Part shown: one piece after another, positions 27,106-39,972 of the stretch
Position numbering within the stretch: position 1 is the stretch's first letter
Layout: each line of letters begins with the position of its first letter
Assembly: GCA_964016885.1 (NCBI GenBank)
Contig: OZ024742.1
Coordinates: 93,558,001 to 93,622,000, forward strand
Source: Eledone cirrhosa
Taxonomy: Eukaryota
DNA length: 64,000 bases
Reading direction: 5' to 3'
Made by a program: the position numbers and the translations under genes
The notes under the pieces: generated by a model
The model's input: the letters and a program-made list of their open reading frames with translations, nothing else
The model's database searches: none
Told to the model about the DNA's origin: nothing

Positions 27106-27110
<5 letters not shown>
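24920..27110. mobile_element. Large fold-back element (family C), ~0.8-kb arms, left arm interrupted by ~440 bp
   Basis: About 25013-25628 plus 26075-26250 is the reverse complement of about 26325-27110. TA flanks. The same terminus occurs at 33561-33891. Confidence 0.8.
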
Positions 27111-27178
<68 letters not shown>

Positions 27179-27186
27179 TGAGTGTG

Positions 27187-27218
<32 letters not shown>

Positions 27219-27222
27219 AGAG

Positions 27223-27253
<31 letters not shown>

Positions 27254-27539
27254 GAGAGAGAAAGTGATGTACATATGTGTGTGTTCGTGTTCATGTAGGT
27301 AGCGATATATTCCATGTGCGCAAAATTATTCTCAATGAATTGAAATCTTTTCTTGCCTTGGGAAAAGAAACAAAAACATAGTTGTAATTGATAATTTAGT
27401 GACTCTCAAAGCAAAAAGGAGATAACTTCAACAGATCATAAGTTTAATTTATATTTATAACTTGACCGGTTGTGTTACTTCTTACTGGCTGCGTATCTGA
27501 TGCTATATTTAGCATCCTCCAGCCAAACACCCTGCTATC

Positions 27540-27950
27540 GCCCAGTATCTTGTCAGATAATGGGCGATAGCAGTCACATAACTCGCCTCTGCATAGACTG
27601 GACAATACTGGTTATCAACAGGACTACCTGTTGATGAGAACCTCGTATTCCTAATTTGCCACAAATATATGTTCGATACTGGTGGCTGGTTGATTTCTTT
27701 TCGGAGGTCAAAACTTGAATATTTTGGTCAACCAATATATTTTGGTCCAGGTGATGGAAGTGTAAGTATCCCAACTCTTACTTAATTCAACTGTTGGGAT
27801 TCTTAATATTTTTATTATTATCTGCCTGTTTGTTCTATATGAATGCCACTTTCCTATGAATGAATCACTATGATGTGCTCCAAAGCATATTATCCACCCA
27901 TATGGCATAGCTTCCATTGAGCAGCTATATAAGAAGCAAGATCATAAAGT
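27540..27950 (-). pseudogene. Highly degraded Tc1-like transposase C-terminus
   Basis: Frame-broken NIQVL / *PPK...SIEHI (resembling WPxxSPDLxPIEHxW) and SIVQSMQRRV (resembling LVxSMPRR). Confidence 0.4.
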
Positions 27951-29079
27951 TGCGTTGGCCTTTGTGCATCTGGCATTAAATCGATTTAAATTCTCCACCA
28001 TATTATATATATATAAATACACTCCATATATATATGTTACATATATACATATACCCCATATATATATGTTACATATAACAGAAAAATACTAAATCCCTGT
28101 AACCTTTACACCAGGAATGTTTTTATTCAGTCTAAAATGCAAAATAAAGTATACAAAATCCATAAAATGTAATGGCTTGCTTTTAAGTAATTAAGAGAGT
28201 GAGTCTTTTCAAAAAATTCTTTCATTCGTAAAATACTATACGTTTGTAATTCTACGAAATTCTAACCCAAATACTGTGAAACCTTTCATTTTATGTATAT
28301 AGCTGACTATGTTTGCAAACCACTTATAATAGCCTAAGGTGTCTTGAGAAAAGTGACAGAGAAGAACAAGTGATATTACATCACACGCGCAGAAAATCAG
28401 AAATTCATATCTTTAACAGGAATCTCAGCTCAAGTGAGGAAGGCCTTTGGAATATATTTGACAGGAGAAGATATTTTGATTGTTCTCTCCTTTGTGAAAT
28501 AAACAAATAGAGCTAATAAACATTAAGCTTGTATTGTTAACATATTTCCATAAAAATCCATCTTCAATTGTCCCTTTTAAAAGCAGCTCTCATGCATTAT
28601 CATTCATTGCAAAACTTGCAAAAATTCACTAAGACTTGACTTTATCTTAAGTGTAATGATTTCTCCATATTTTTTTGCTTTTAAATTTGAATAAAATATC
28701 AGTTTTTACTTTTCAACGAAATTTCCACTCGAGGTTATTAAACCTTTCTTTTCTTTAGAATTACTGCCCGTGGTAAATAATTTCAAAATTCATAATACTG
28801 TCATTAGCAATGTTTTTACTTCAATTTGTACTATCTTATTTCACATTAAATAATGCTAAGTTAGCTAAATGTTTTTTTTTTTTATCATAAATTTGTGTGC
28901 TTTAAAACAAATTTATTTTTACATATGTATGAAAAGTTAAACATATTTTGTTTGCATTTCTAGACATTTGATATTTCACTTTCTGAATATTTGAAGTTGT
29001 ATTGTCTCAGTTTCAATTTGATGGCATAATTAGTTTATTGCTTTCCCCCTCTGAATGTATTTCCTCATGACTCTCTAAA

Positions 29080-29200
29080 ATAATTGTTTCTACCTTAGGC
29101 ACAAGGCCAGCAAATACACAGTGCATTACTGGTACTTTATTTTATCAACCCCGTAAGGATGAAAGGCAAAGTCAACCTCGGCGGGATTTGAACTCAGATC
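29080..29200 (-). mobile_element. SINE fragment, same family as 1238-1454
   Basis: Central domain and B box present, head truncated. Confidence 0.8.
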
Positions 29201-30208
29201 AATAATGCTTACTCTTTAATAAAAGTTTTCAGAAATATGATTTCAGTGAAGGTGTAGATTACAATTTTTGTGATGAAATTTTTGAAACGTATTTTTCTTT
29301 TTCACCTAATGCTAAATACACGGTGTATTGAAAGTATGTTCATGGCACCAGCCCAAGTGAGGTTCTTGTGTCCATTAGGTAATTACAAATTCCTCTCAAC
29401 CCTTTTACAATTGGTTTCTACGGTGTCATTTCTAACACCAACCATTTTACGGAGTGTACTGGTTACAATTTATCACAGCACCAACACTGGGGAGGTTGCC
29501 ACTCACTGACTCAACCAGAGAGCTGTCTCTACCTCAAGGGTTGGGGTAATGACATGTCCCAAGGGAGTCATGTTAGGAGGAGAGGAAAGTTGGAAGGATG
29601 GTAGGTATCGTGTCAAAGGTGAAGAATGGTAAGTGTTGTAGGATTTAAAGAGGTTGATGTGGGGGAGAAGAGAGGTGAGAAAGTATATCATGGCTGCATG
29701 ACAATTGTGATGGAATTTGGCAGGACGATATAAGAGAGGAAATGTGTGTGTGGGGACCATGGATAGAGTTGTGGGTATAATCATGAGGAAAATGGTTACT
29801 AAAGATCTATCTCTGGTGAGAGGGGATCTAACAGGTGATGTGAGGGAAAAAAGGTGGTGCCAGTGATCTGAGATACAAGAGGTGAAAATATTAAGTAATA
29901 GTGGTAGAACAGGCATGAGTGAGTCGGGTCAGTCATATGCCATTTTTATACTGGTAAGTGAGTCCTTACTAGTACTGCATGCCTCTAATATCCATACATA
30001 CATATGTAAGACATACAAATACAAACATGAAATGACATCGATACCTGCACAAACACATATACAGACATGCATAATTACTTAGATAATGAGAGGGCTTGTT
30101 TCTCAGTTAGAAACCAACTCTCTCTCCCCTCCCCCCCTCTCTCTCTCCACATATATATAGTTCGGAACTAGCTTTCGAAAGCTCAGCCATCGGGGTCCTG
30201 ACTCTTTT

Positions 30209-30247
<39 letters not shown>

Positions 30248-30299
30248 TAATAAAAACAATGAAATAAAAACAAAGAACAAGTTCCTTATATTAAAAAAT

Positions 30300-30435
30300 T
30301 CATCATTTTACGATCGTTTCTAGGATGTATATGTGTGTTGGTATGTATATCATATAGATATATGTAAAAATGTTACAAATTATCAGAGAAAATATACACA
30401 CCTTCACATATATATGCTGTCTTCAGAAATGATGA
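30300..30435 (-). ncRNA. Type I hammerhead ribozyme
   Basis: tcatcattt CTGAAGA cagcatatatatgtg...cacatatacatccta GAAA CGATCG T A aaatgatga; compensatory stem I change relative to 15054-15208. Confidence 0.88.
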
Positions 30436-31406
30436 GATTTGTTTATTGAAAAAAACCAACAAAGATTTAATACAATAGGTCTGTTTGGGAACAGGTTTTG
30501 AATTGACCAATAGAAAGAATGTGAAGGTCAAGATAGTAATATGGTAGTAAAAGAACCTTAATTTATGGGTAGAGGAAGGTAGATTTCAGTTTTGGATGGA
30601 AAGAATATTATGAATGAAAGATTATTTTAGGGATGAGAATAGGTCATATGCTGACCTCAGAAATAATTATATTTGTTCATTGAATAAAACCAACAAAGAT
30701 TTAATATAGTAGGTCTGTTTGGGAACAGGTTTTGAATTAACCAATAGAAAGGTAATAATTGGCCAAATGGTAAAATAGTAGTAATTGAAGTTTATTTTAG
30801 GGGTAGAAGAAGACAGATTTCAGTTTTGAATGGAAGGAGTATGAAGAATGAAAAGGTTATTTTAGGGGTGAAAATAGGTCAGGTCAGTAAAAGGTAACAC
30901 GAAAAGTTGGTGTTATAAAAGAATAATGCCAATGTAAATATCTAAGGAGACTAAAATTTTACGATAAAAGTGTTAGTGAAAAAAATATATATGGAATTTA
31001 CATCTATGAAAAGAATATAAATTAATTTAATTGATGGGTATATTTATATTGATAAAATTATATTAATGCATATAGATATGATAAATAAGAGTTAGATGTA
31101 ATTGAAGAGTGATGTTAAAGACGAGGGGAAATTAAAAAATTATAAAAAGAATATATATATATATATAATTATTGGGGGGGGGGGGTTAAATTTATTAGTG
31201 AGAAATAATAAATATATAGAGATTTCAAGGAACATAGAATCATAACTTGAAATTAAAACATTATATATGTTTACTTAATGGTATCAATTTTAGGAAAAGA
31301 TAGTTGTAAGAAGGAAAGTAAAATTATGTAGTTCATCAGTAGTAGAATATTAATTATAGGTTAACTAAATTAAAAATAGTTTTTATATTAATTTCTAAAA
31401 TGTATA

Positions 31407-32963
31407 TTAATTAGGTTTATAATATTTAAAGGTTTTTCTCAGTTTATGATTACACGATATTATTAATTCCTGTCGCTTATTTAATAGGATATCCTTAGAT
31501 TTCATTATTTCAAAAAGTTCTTGGGAACATAATCTACATTCATATCTATTATTTTGATAAGGGGTGGCCCTTTTGAGCACACTCCAGGTCAGGTCATAAT
31601 CTATATTCCTCTTTCTATAATTATTAATTATTTCAGCTAGAGATGTTGTATTAGCTAATGCGGCATTTTTAAAACTATGTTTGTGGGTATTAAATCTTAC
31701 CTTAAATTGGTTAGAGGTAGCTCCTATATATGAATAAATTGAGTCCTTAGTGTTAACTTTACATTTATATACTATGTTATTAACAAGGCAATTTCCTTTT
31801 AATGGGCAGTTTGCTTTGTTTCTACAGTTACAACTTTTCGTGAATCCTGTATTAGAGGAGATATTATGGTTAGTTTGATGTACTGGTGGTATACTCATGG
31901 TTTTTTTACATTCATATGCATTGTAGGCACTTATATTTTGTTTTATGTTTTTGGTTGTTGAGTAGGAGAATTTAACCGTTGATCTATTTAAAATTTGATG
32001 GTATTTGTGGTTTGGCGGGAAGTTCTTCTCTAGGATATTAAACATTTTTTTAGGTATATTATCCTTAATTTGTAAATTAAATGGAGCATGATACCAAGTA
32101 ACTCGTCTATTACGGTTTCGATGTTGTTTATTGTTTTTATAGGATGTATCCTGATGTTTATTAAGAGAATTATTGTTAATGACTTCACCACACACATTTT
32201 TGGTTAGATTTATTGATTTAGGTGTTTTAGCTTGTTTATTAGGAGTTTTATTATTAACATTTATTAGAGTAGTAGGATGAGTAGTTTTTTGAGAGTTACT
32301 ATATTGTATATTAGAAGAGTTAGAGAAATTTGGTTTTATGTTGGTATTTTGGGGTATAGTGTGAGTGGCATTTAGGTAGGTATGTTTCATTTGGTGTTTG
32401 TTGGTAATATTAGGTTGTATGTTTGTAGTGTTATTGGTACGAGGTATATATACTAATTTATTTTTGTGGCCACTTCTAGCTAAAGCTTCGTTATAGAAGG
32501 TCGCATTTTTATCAAATACTTCCTGGTTAGACGAAAGGTTAGAAATTCTAAGTGAGATTTTATATACAAGGTTTTTAAGGATTGATTTCGGGTGATTAGA
32601 TCGTGAGTGTATGTAACGTAAATTTTGGTAAGGTTGGTAGATACCCGTAGACAAGTCTAATGTTATATCAAGGAAATTAACTACTTTACTTGTGTTTTCA
32701 AATGTAATATCTAGACTATAATAGTCTTTGAGGAAAGTTCTAATAAGCTTTTTATTTTTTTCTATCTCTGAAAGGCTAAGGTTATTGGAAAGAAGAAGAC
32801 AGTCGTCACGATATAAACCACCTTTAAGGTGGGGAAAGGAAGCATTTATGTTAAAAAGAAGAAAGAGGCCCACAAGATCAGTAATTTGGGCAGAATCGCT
32901 TGAGCCCATAGTAATATCGAATAGATTACTATATGTGTTTCTGGTCCAGTATTCATTTTGAAA
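31407..32963 (-). pseudogene. 5'-truncated PLE RT/GIY-YIG ORF, open frame
   Basis: [49 protein letters not shown]. Confidence 0.92.
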
Positions 32964-33044
32964 CTAACATATATATCCTAGAAACGATGGTAAAATGATG
33001 AATTTTTTAATATAAGGAACTGTTTCTTTGTTTATTCATTATTT

Positions 33045-33100
<56 letters not shown>

Positions 33101-33235
33101 CAAAAGGGATATTCAATTTTTTGGTAATTCACCAAATATAAATGTTTATAACTGATTCAGAGCACTCGAGAGTTTTCTGGAGTATAACATCCAATGATAT
33201 TAAATAAATGGAAACTATATTTATAAAACCATATT

Positions 33236-33296
33236 TATTCTATTATATATATTTCAAGGGTACCAACATTTTGGTACGCTATCATCAGATAAAATA
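33236..33296 (-). ncRNA. Type I hammerhead ribozyme (family B, left arm)
   Basis: tattttat CTGATGA tagcgtaccaaaatgttggtaccctt GAAA TATATA T A atagaata. Confidence 0.8.
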
Positions 33297-33422
33297 CGAA
33301 GTGTGTTTTATAAATTTTGACATAACCAAGGAGAATATACCTTAACGGTTCAAGTTTTCCTTGGATAGTCAAGGAAAACTTGAACCTTTATGGTCATGTC
33401 AAAATTTATAAAACATACTTCG

Positions 33423-33483
33423 TATTTTATCTGATGATAGCGTGCCAAAATTTTGGTACCCTTGAAATATATATAATAGAATA
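33423..33483 (+). ncRNA. Type I hammerhead ribozyme (family B, right arm)
   Basis: tattttat CTGATGA tagcgtgccaaaattttggtaccctt GAAA TATATA T A atagaata. Confidence 0.8.
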
Positions 33484-33560
33484 AATATGGTTTTATAAAT
33501 ATAGTTTCCATTTATTTAAAATCATTGTATATAACATATATATATATATATATATATATA

Positions 33561-33885
33561 GTAATAATAATAAATTTGAAGACTAAAATCCAAAGAGGGC
33601 TCGATAAGGATAAATATATATCAAATATATAAGAACCGTAGAGCAAATATTTATTAAAATAACAGATTAAAGTTTAAGCAAAGAATCGCTGCTTTCACCC
33701 TTAACGGGATCTTCTGAAACTAACAGAGTCAATCTGTAAACGCAGAAGTGGATATTTCAAAGAACGGTTGCAACGTTTTTTGAAATATCCACTTCTGCGT
33801 TCACAGATTGACTCTGTTAGTTTCAGAAGATCCCGTTAAGGGTGAAAGCAGCGATTCTTTGCTTAAACTTTAATCTGTTATTTTA

Positions 33886-33891
<6 letters not shown>
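33561..33891. mobile_element. Short fold-back of family C
   Basis: Same left end as 24920 (gtaataataataaatttgaagactaaaatcc). It turns at gttgcaac near 33770 and its right arm stops at nearly the same point as 27110. Confidence 0.8.
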
Positions 33892-33923
<32 letters not shown>

Positions 33924-33926
<3 letters not shown>

Positions 33927-34422
33927 TAAAAGTTTAACAAGGTTCAATAAATTAATCAATGAATAAAGTTTCACAATAGATTAGAAGCACTCTATAGTTC
34001 TTTCCTGGAGTTATTAATATTACTTCAAAATATTAATAAATATAGACATTCATGTGATCAAATATATTTTATTATACATATTTCAGAGGTACTGAGCTAT
34101 TTCAACAGTACGTCCTCATCAGATAAAATAAGTGATGCCTGACATACCTTGACTATGTTAATGGATATGATTAGTTATGACAAAACTCAATATTTATATA
34201 CCTTAAGTTGAAACATGAAAAATTACATATAATACAGAGGGTGCGTATGAGAATGCGTATAAAGATATATAAATACCTAATAATATATAATACATAAACT
34301 TATATAACTGTTATAACTGTTGAGGACGTACTGTTGAAATAGCTCAGTACCTCTGACATATGTATAATAAAATATATTTGATCACATGAATGTCTATATT
34401 TATTAATATTTTGAAGTAATAT
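33924..34422. mobile_element. Fold-back insert between (TA)n tracts (family D)
   Basis: About 34016-34118 is the reverse complement of 34321-34422; the right arm begins inside the HHR core. Confidence 0.75.
34065..34130 (-). ncRNA. Type I hammerhead ribozyme (family D)
   Basis: tattttat CTGATGA ggacgtactg..cagtacctct GAAA TATGTA T A ataaaata; perfect 8-bp stem I. Confidence 0.82.
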
Positions 34423-34755
34423 ATATATATATATTGGTAGGATAATTTTAAACATAAAACCATAAAAATTCATACATGCATATGTCTATTCTAAACAATT
34501 ATTTATATAAAATTCGTAATAACAATTCTAAGATATCCTTGCCTGACACATTGTTTTATACAACTGTATTTGTACACCAACATTTATTGTAATCCTTTTA
34601 AAACAGATATTTATATGTATGAATGGGTCCTGGTGGCAACTAAATGAAATGGAGAGTTTTCACCCATGTCTTGCTTCTGATTGATTTTTGTGAACATATA
34701 GTTAAGTGCATGAAGAACTGTACATGATTGACTATATATCTGTGTGTGTATGCAA

Positions 34756-34829
<74 letters not shown>

Positions 34830-34875
34830 CATAATATAATATAATATATATATATATATAATATAATATAATATA

Positions 34876-34914
<39 letters not shown>

Positions 34915-35655
34915 TATTTATGTATGCATGTATGTTTGTATGTGTGTATATAATATATATATATATCTTCTGTGTGGGCATTGGCACATGTCTTAAGAGT
35001 GTATTCAAATTAGTCAGTATGTCACTGTGTATATACTAATTGTGTGTATGGATATGTAGATATAATTTAGTGTGTATATAAGCAAGTCTTGAGAAGTGCA
35101 TTTAAACTTTAGTCATGTTAAAATATGTGCTAAAACTAATGCACTTTATAATGAAATGGTGCAACAGACTGAAAACATTAAATGAAAGACAATAGGAAAA
35201 AAGATATACTACATTGTACTAAAGAACAGCAACAATAACAATAACAGTAATAACAACAGCAAGAACAACAATAACAGTAATAACAACAATGACAGTGACA
35301 AAGTAAAACATTTCAAAAAAACATATGACATAAATGAATGCAAAACAGTAAAAACAATATAATTTACATTGAAAAAAATCTCTAAGTAACAAAATTATAT
35401 GAAGTAATGATGAAGCTACTGAAAAATATGGAAATAACATAGTATTATTCATGAATAAACATAAATAACATAAAAGAATCAAATTAAAGATTGTAAAGTA
35501 TATTTATCTACGGATGTGGTTAAGAATTTCACTTTGCAACCATGTGGTTCCACGTTCGATCATACTTGGAATTTGTTTTATGTGTTTATCTCCAGTTCAG
35601 CTGGCAAATATTCTACAATACTTCATCAGTGGAGTTTGGTAAATAGAATCTGTGC

Positions 35656-35699
<44 letters not shown>

Positions 35700-35701
<2 letters not shown>

Positions 35702-36007
35702 CGTCTTTAAATTTGTTTTGCAAGGATTCTTATCTGAAAACGTGCGTTGAAACAGATATTGTGATACTTTAGGAGGGCCATGGACAGAACAAAGGAGAGA
35801 CACAAAATAAAAACCCAATCACTGAGGAAGTCACAGAATGTGTGACGTAAGAGATTTGACAATATATAAATAACCATCCCGTTATCGAAAGAAACAACCA
35901 ACCTACCAACCAGCCAACCAACCTGAAATTTATAATAGATTGAAGAGAAAACCAAAAGGTACGTGTGTTTTTATTGGCAGCATGACCCTCTCAATTTATA
36001 ACAATAT
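35700..36007 (+). mobile_element. Family A element with inverted 3' piece and degenerate HHR
   Basis: ctgagga-agtcacagaatgtgtgac-gtaa; homologous to 5250-5508; 35700-35782 is an inverted terminus. Confidence 0.65.
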
Positions 36008-36009
36008 AT

Positions 36010-36066
<57 letters not shown>

Positions 36067-36475
36067 AGCTAAAATATATGGTGGAGAAAGTAATACATTT
36101 AAAAGCAAAAGTTATTTCTTAAACGGTGTTTCGTCATTAAGTACATTTACAATACAGCAGGTAGACATATATGTATATATTCCACCATAGAGATGCACTT
36201 ATAAGACTGATCAGAGAAAGATTTCTGTCATTAAAGATATCACAGAAGGGATAGTCCGAGTCAAATCCGTACCACTGCAAAGTGTGAGCACGCTCGCTTC
36301 AGCTGAAGGCATCTAATATATTATATCATACTTCCTTCTCCTTACACACGAACTACTGATCAAATAATATTTGGTATCAATGGGTTAAAGACATCTGTTA
36401 AATCAATTAATGGTGAAGGTGGTGTATATATATATATATATAGATAGATAGATAGATACACACACAGACACACAC

Positions 36476-36544
<69 letters not shown>

Positions 36545-36545
<1 letters not shown>

Positions 36546-36730
36546 CGAAGGAAGTGTGGTAAGGAACCAGGTGGACCATAACGCACCAGAGTACTCGATA
36601 CTATGGGCAGTAGAGTGGGTGATAGGAAAAGAGTCAGGACCCCGACGGCAGACCTCCGGCCATTTCGACAGCTATTTCAGAAATAGCTGTCGAAACGGCC
36701 GGAGCTCCACCGTTGGATCCTGAGTCTTTT

Positions 36731-36732
<2 letters not shown>
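36545..36732. repeat. Fold-back insert between (TA)n tracts (family E); related terminus at 30160-30210
   Basis: ggaaaagagtcaggacccc...cgacagctatttc pairs with gaaatagctgtcg...gatcctgagtcttttcc. Confidence 0.7.
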
Positions 36733-36769
<37 letters not shown>

Positions 36770-36770
<1 letters not shown>

Positions 36771-38463
36771 GGCAAATTTGAACAGAAACAAAACAGAGAG
36801 GCAGTACAACGAATGTTTATTAATTTCACGCTCTGGAGAGTGGGGTGGTGGTGGGGAACGACGTTTCGGGCATAGGCCCTTCTTCAGGTGAAAAGTGTGT
36901 GGGAAGAGAGTTCAAAGGGTGTGTAGGGGAGTGGTGGAGAGACATATAGCGAAAAGGGGGTGGGAGGAAATGGTGCGAATGAAATTAAAAATAAAAGCAA
37001 GATGAAAATAAAATAAAATTAAAATGGGGTAAAACAGGTGGTGGAAGAGTGTGGGGTGTGTAGGGGTGGTGGCGGGTGGAGTGGGGAGAGGGAGACGGGG
37101 TGTCCGAGCGGGGAGGGCTGAAGGTGGTGTGTGTGTGTAGGTGTACGTGTGTGTGTGTGTGTATGTGAAAGCAAGTGTTGGGGGAAGAACGGGGTTGCAT
37201 TTTCAGGAAGAGGTGTGTGTGGGGTGGGGTGTAGGTCGGAGTGTGTGTGCGTGTGTGGATAGAGGGGTGGGGGGGGGGAGAGGAATCCGGAGGCTGAAGG
37301 TGTAAATATGTGGTGGAAAGCACGTGTGTGTGGGGTTTAAGCGTGTTGTGGGTGTAGGTGGCGTGTGGGAAAAAACATCTTTTTGGGCTGTGTGTGTGGG
37401 TGAGTTATAAAGGTGATTCCGTAAGAAGATATGGTTGAAAGGTTGGTAAACTCCTAGGATGGTAGTTGATTCCGCGGTCAAGCGCCACATACGAGTAATC
37501 CATGGAGAGATGGTCGGAAGAGGAGAGATGTGGGGTGCGCGCGCAACAGGAAGTGGTCAAGGCGGTAGGAGTGCTGTGTGTCTGTGTGTGCGGGGAGGTG
37601 GTCAGAGGGCATAGCAGCAGTCGGGTGGAATGGTAAAGGGGCGAGGATGGGTAGGTGTGAAAGTTGGAGTGAGGAGGGTGTGTGTGTGTATTAGTAGAGG
37701 TGTTAGTGGGATGAGTGAGTGTGGAGAAAGGGTGTGGGTGGAGCGGGGAGAGAAGGTTGTGGGGGTCGATGGAGAGAGTGTGGTGTACTGGTGTGTGTGT
37801 AGTTTGATGAAGGGGGTGTTAGTGGGTGTTAGTATACGGGAGGTGGAGAAAGGGTTGAATGCAGGTGTGAGTGGGGGTTAGTGGTGGTAGGGTGTGTAGA
37901 GTTGGTGGTGTACGAGGGTGTGTGGGTACGTGTGCGTGGGGTTGGGGGTGTTAGTGATGTTAGTTGCGTGTGGGGTGGGTGGTGTAAGTGGGTGCGTGTG
38001 TTCGTGTGCTTGGGGTTAGGGGGTGTTAGTGATGTTAGTTGCGCGGTGGTGGGATGGATGTGTGGGGGTGAGGGTTAGTGGTGGTAGTAGGGTGTGTGTT
38101 TAGTGTGAGCGCGTGTATATATGTACCGGTGGGTGTGTGCGTGTGATAAGGAGGGGGGAGGAGAAGAAGGGAGGGATGTTAGTATGTTAGTTGGGGAAGG
38201 GTAGTCGGATGAGAGGTGGAGTGGAGGTGTTAGTATTGTTATTTGTGGGGTGGGCGGTGAAAAGTATGGGTGTGTTAGTGGTGTTAGTGGGGGATATGTG
38301 TGGGGGGAGGGGGCGGTCGAAGGCTAAAGGAATAAGGGTGGGGAGTTAAGGCCGGGAGGAGTGTGGGTCTGTAAGATGAAGATGGTTCTTTGTTCAACTC
38401 TGAGGAGATTGGCGGGTGTTCCGTGGCATTGGAGTAGGCCACAGACTGTGAGATGGCGTGCGG
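36770..38463 (-). mobile_element. 3' end of a non-Naiad PLE: GIY-YIG C-terminus, CA-rich UTR and minimal HHR
   Basis: 38324-38463 encodes HLTVCGLLQCHGTPANLLRVEQRTIFILQTHTPPGLN (E..I..L.T..P.GLN motif); (TA)n on both flanks. Confidence 0.75.
36858..36889 (-). ncRNA. Minimal hammerhead ribozyme
   Basis: ac CTGAAGA a gggc ctat gccc GAAACGTC gt; ACGT palindrome, GUC triplet, very short stem I. Confidence 0.7.
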
Positions 38464-38464
38464 A

Positions 38465-38497
<33 letters not shown>

Positions 38498-38582
38498 TGG
38501 TGAAAGACCAATGGTCATTATCGAAAGTACCAGTAATGCACTGGGATAATTGCTGGCCTTGTGCCAAAAGTAGAAACAATTA

Positions 38583-39025
38583 CTGTAAGTCGACCTTAAG
38601 AAGGAGCAATAACATTAAAACAGACATGAACGACACCACAACACTTTGTTTTGGAAATTTTGAAAGTAGGTTTATAAGTATGAATTTCCATCAAATTTCC
38701 GTAGTTTTCTCTGTGGCCTAGTGGTGGGTATTAGAAACAGTGGTGATCCTGACCTTGGGTTCAATCCTGGTCAAGAGGTACATGTAAAACTTTTCAGTTT
38801 TTATTTTACAACCAATAGAAAAAACTGAAAAGGTTTACCGGGAACCCTACTCCCGACCAGGATCGCAACTGTCTATGATTTCTCCACCTAGGCCACCGAG
38901 ACAGCTACAAAAGTACAATTAAAATTCATAATTACAAACTTATTTTCAAAATCAAAGTTAAAAAGATGTGCTGTCGTTCATAGCTTTCCTAGAGCTATTA
39001 GTAATATTTAGCATCGACTTCTGGT
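38583..39025. repeat. Diverged ~440-bp inverted repeat with tRNA-like motifs in the arms
   Basis: gtagttttctctgtggcctag..ggttcaatcctggtc vs gaccaggatcgc..ctaggccaccgagacagctac; atgaacgacac vs gctgtcgttcat; central cttttcagtttt/aaaactgaaaag. Confidence 0.5.
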
Positions 39026-39338
39026 CATTATTGTAAGTCCCTGGATTTCGTAAAATACATAATATTTTTTATTGGAGAAGGTAAGATTTCTTTTCGCAAA
39101 AATTTGATTGCACTATTTTGTTTCAACTTATGTATTTTTCAAAAATGTTATTTATTCATTATACAAATTAAATGATAGCATTCTATATGTAAGTGGGCCC
39201 CCTTCATCTCCTAGCAACCAATATTTTTAGACCTAGTCCGCCACTGATTGCACCTTAACTGCATATAAATCGGCGAAATTTCAGTCGGGATATTGAAGTA
39301 TAATTAAAAAGTCTCTTGCTCTTCACACTTATAAATAA

Positions 39339-39379
<41 letters not shown>

Positions 39380-39435
39380 CCCACCATTGCAAGCAGGGAA
39401 AAACAGACGTAAAATGATGATGATGATGATGATGA

Positions 39436-39487
<52 letters not shown>

Positions 39488-39490
39488 TAT

Positions 39491-39715
39491 ATAAACGAAG
39501 TTAGAGGAAAAATGTTTACATCTATTGTTTGTACTCCTGTAATTATAGTTTTTCGCATTTAATTTTAATATATAATATTGCTTCTCTGAGAGATTTCATT
39601 CATCGTTGAGATGGTCGGGTATTAGTGACTAATTAATCTTTAATTAATATATATATATATATGTAAGTATGTATGTATACGTACATACATATATGTATAC
39701 AGACGTATAGTAGCA

Positions 39716-39801
<86 letters not shown>

Positions 39802-39926
39802 TGCTACTATACGTCTGTATACATATATGTATGTACGTATACATACATACTTACACTTAAGTAAGTGCCGTACTAAGAGTGAGAAATGAAATTTCGTTTT
39901 CATTTTATTACAACTTATATATATAT

Positions 39927-39972
<46 letters not shown>

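Larger units (their letters stand above)
30245..33055 (-). mobile_element. Second Naiad-type PLE subfamily, 5'-truncated, with a short inverted 3' piece (32965-33055), in (TA)n
   Basis: ORF closely similar to 15559-17990; different ~1.15-kb 3' UTR; HHR at the 3' end; (TA)n on both flanks. Confidence 0.92.
33098..33530 (+). mobile_element. Family B element with an internal inverted duplication, between (TA)n tracts
   Basis: 33098-33188 matches the reverse complement of about 5806-5890; about 33190-33365 is inverted relative to 33369-33530. Confidence 0.75.

Noticed and set aside
28290-28525. Possible terminal host exon (tatag|ctgactatgtttgc...taa, downstream aataaa)
   Set aside because: Too short, with no homology or partner exons evident.
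29530-29930. Possible old Penelope ORF remnant on the minus strand (TYHPSN, RDRSL, TFP)
   Set aside because: Motifs are short and out of the expected order; needs tBLASTx.
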